A DNA stretch of 64,000 bases from Protoeuglena noctilucae (taxonomy: Eukaryota), in contig OY253687.1 in assembly GCA_958009085.1 (NCBI GenBank), forward strand, positions 682,001 to 746,000, written 5' to 3'. The position numbers and the translations under genes were made by a program. The notes below the pieces were generated by a model. That model saw only the letters and a list, made by a program, of their open reading frames with translations. It did no database searches and was not told the origin of the DNA. Positions 63,701-64,000 of the stretch are shown here, piece by piece; position 1 is the first letter of the stretch; each line of letters begins with the position of its first letter.

Positions 63701-64000
63701 ATGCTCCTGCGGGTCGAGCGCGGGGATAGGGCGCAGCGTGGCCAAGCAGGCATGCGGGCGATGTGTGGCCCAGCCGCGCGCGAGTACGCTCCGCTCGGAC
63801 GATGCGACTGCCGATAAACTGGATTTTTCTGTGCATGTCAGATTAGATGGACTCCGCGCTCGCCGCCCGCAGAGCCCGGCGCCACCGTTCAAAATGCCAC
63901 GCACCCTAACAACTCCCGCCATCTCCGTCGCCGTCATCGCCGCGCCCGGGTGTCCCTGGCCAACGGTATGTTGACTTCTGCCTCGACAGGCTTGATGCCG

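Noticed and set aside
1..64000. Most long ORFs in the six-frame track (e.g. 5395-6396 +, 27851-29140 +, 37622-38239 +)
   Set aside because: They are antisense or off-frame shadows of real GC-rich exons, with Arg/Pro/Ala-rich translations and no motifs.

Overview
Gene-dense, GC-rich, intron-rich eukaryotic nuclear DNA, most likely from a flagellated green alga: it has plastid transit-peptide genes such as SBPase and starch synthase I, plus IFT25. The genetic code looks standard and there are two 200-N scaffold gaps. I assembled about 20 spliced genes by hand: APH/homoserine-kinase-like, an orphan gene, IFT25, RbgA, PfkB kinase, COG0523/CobW, SBPase, a tandem RbcX-like protein, Ubl-WLM-PUB protease, a pseudokinase, SSI, CstF64, a small Trp-repeat protein, IGHMBP2-like helicase, ABC1/ADCK2 kinase, a small Zn-finger, ZMAT2/Snu23, a large cNMP-binding protein and a Spc24-like gene. 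There is also a decayed Helitron-like island at about 47.6-51.2 kb. Most notable: (1) a single-chain protein with two RbcX-like domains that share three intron positions, directly downstream of SBPase; (2) an intron-containing orphan with a motif reminiscent of partitivirus coat proteins; (3) a small, apparently plastid-targeted protein with exon-duplicated 'AASDWxRRHL' repeats; (4) diverged copies of exon ends plus splice sites recurring inside introns; (5) frequent GC-AG introns. Family calls come from motif recognition only. No searches were run, and 5' ends are often uncertain.
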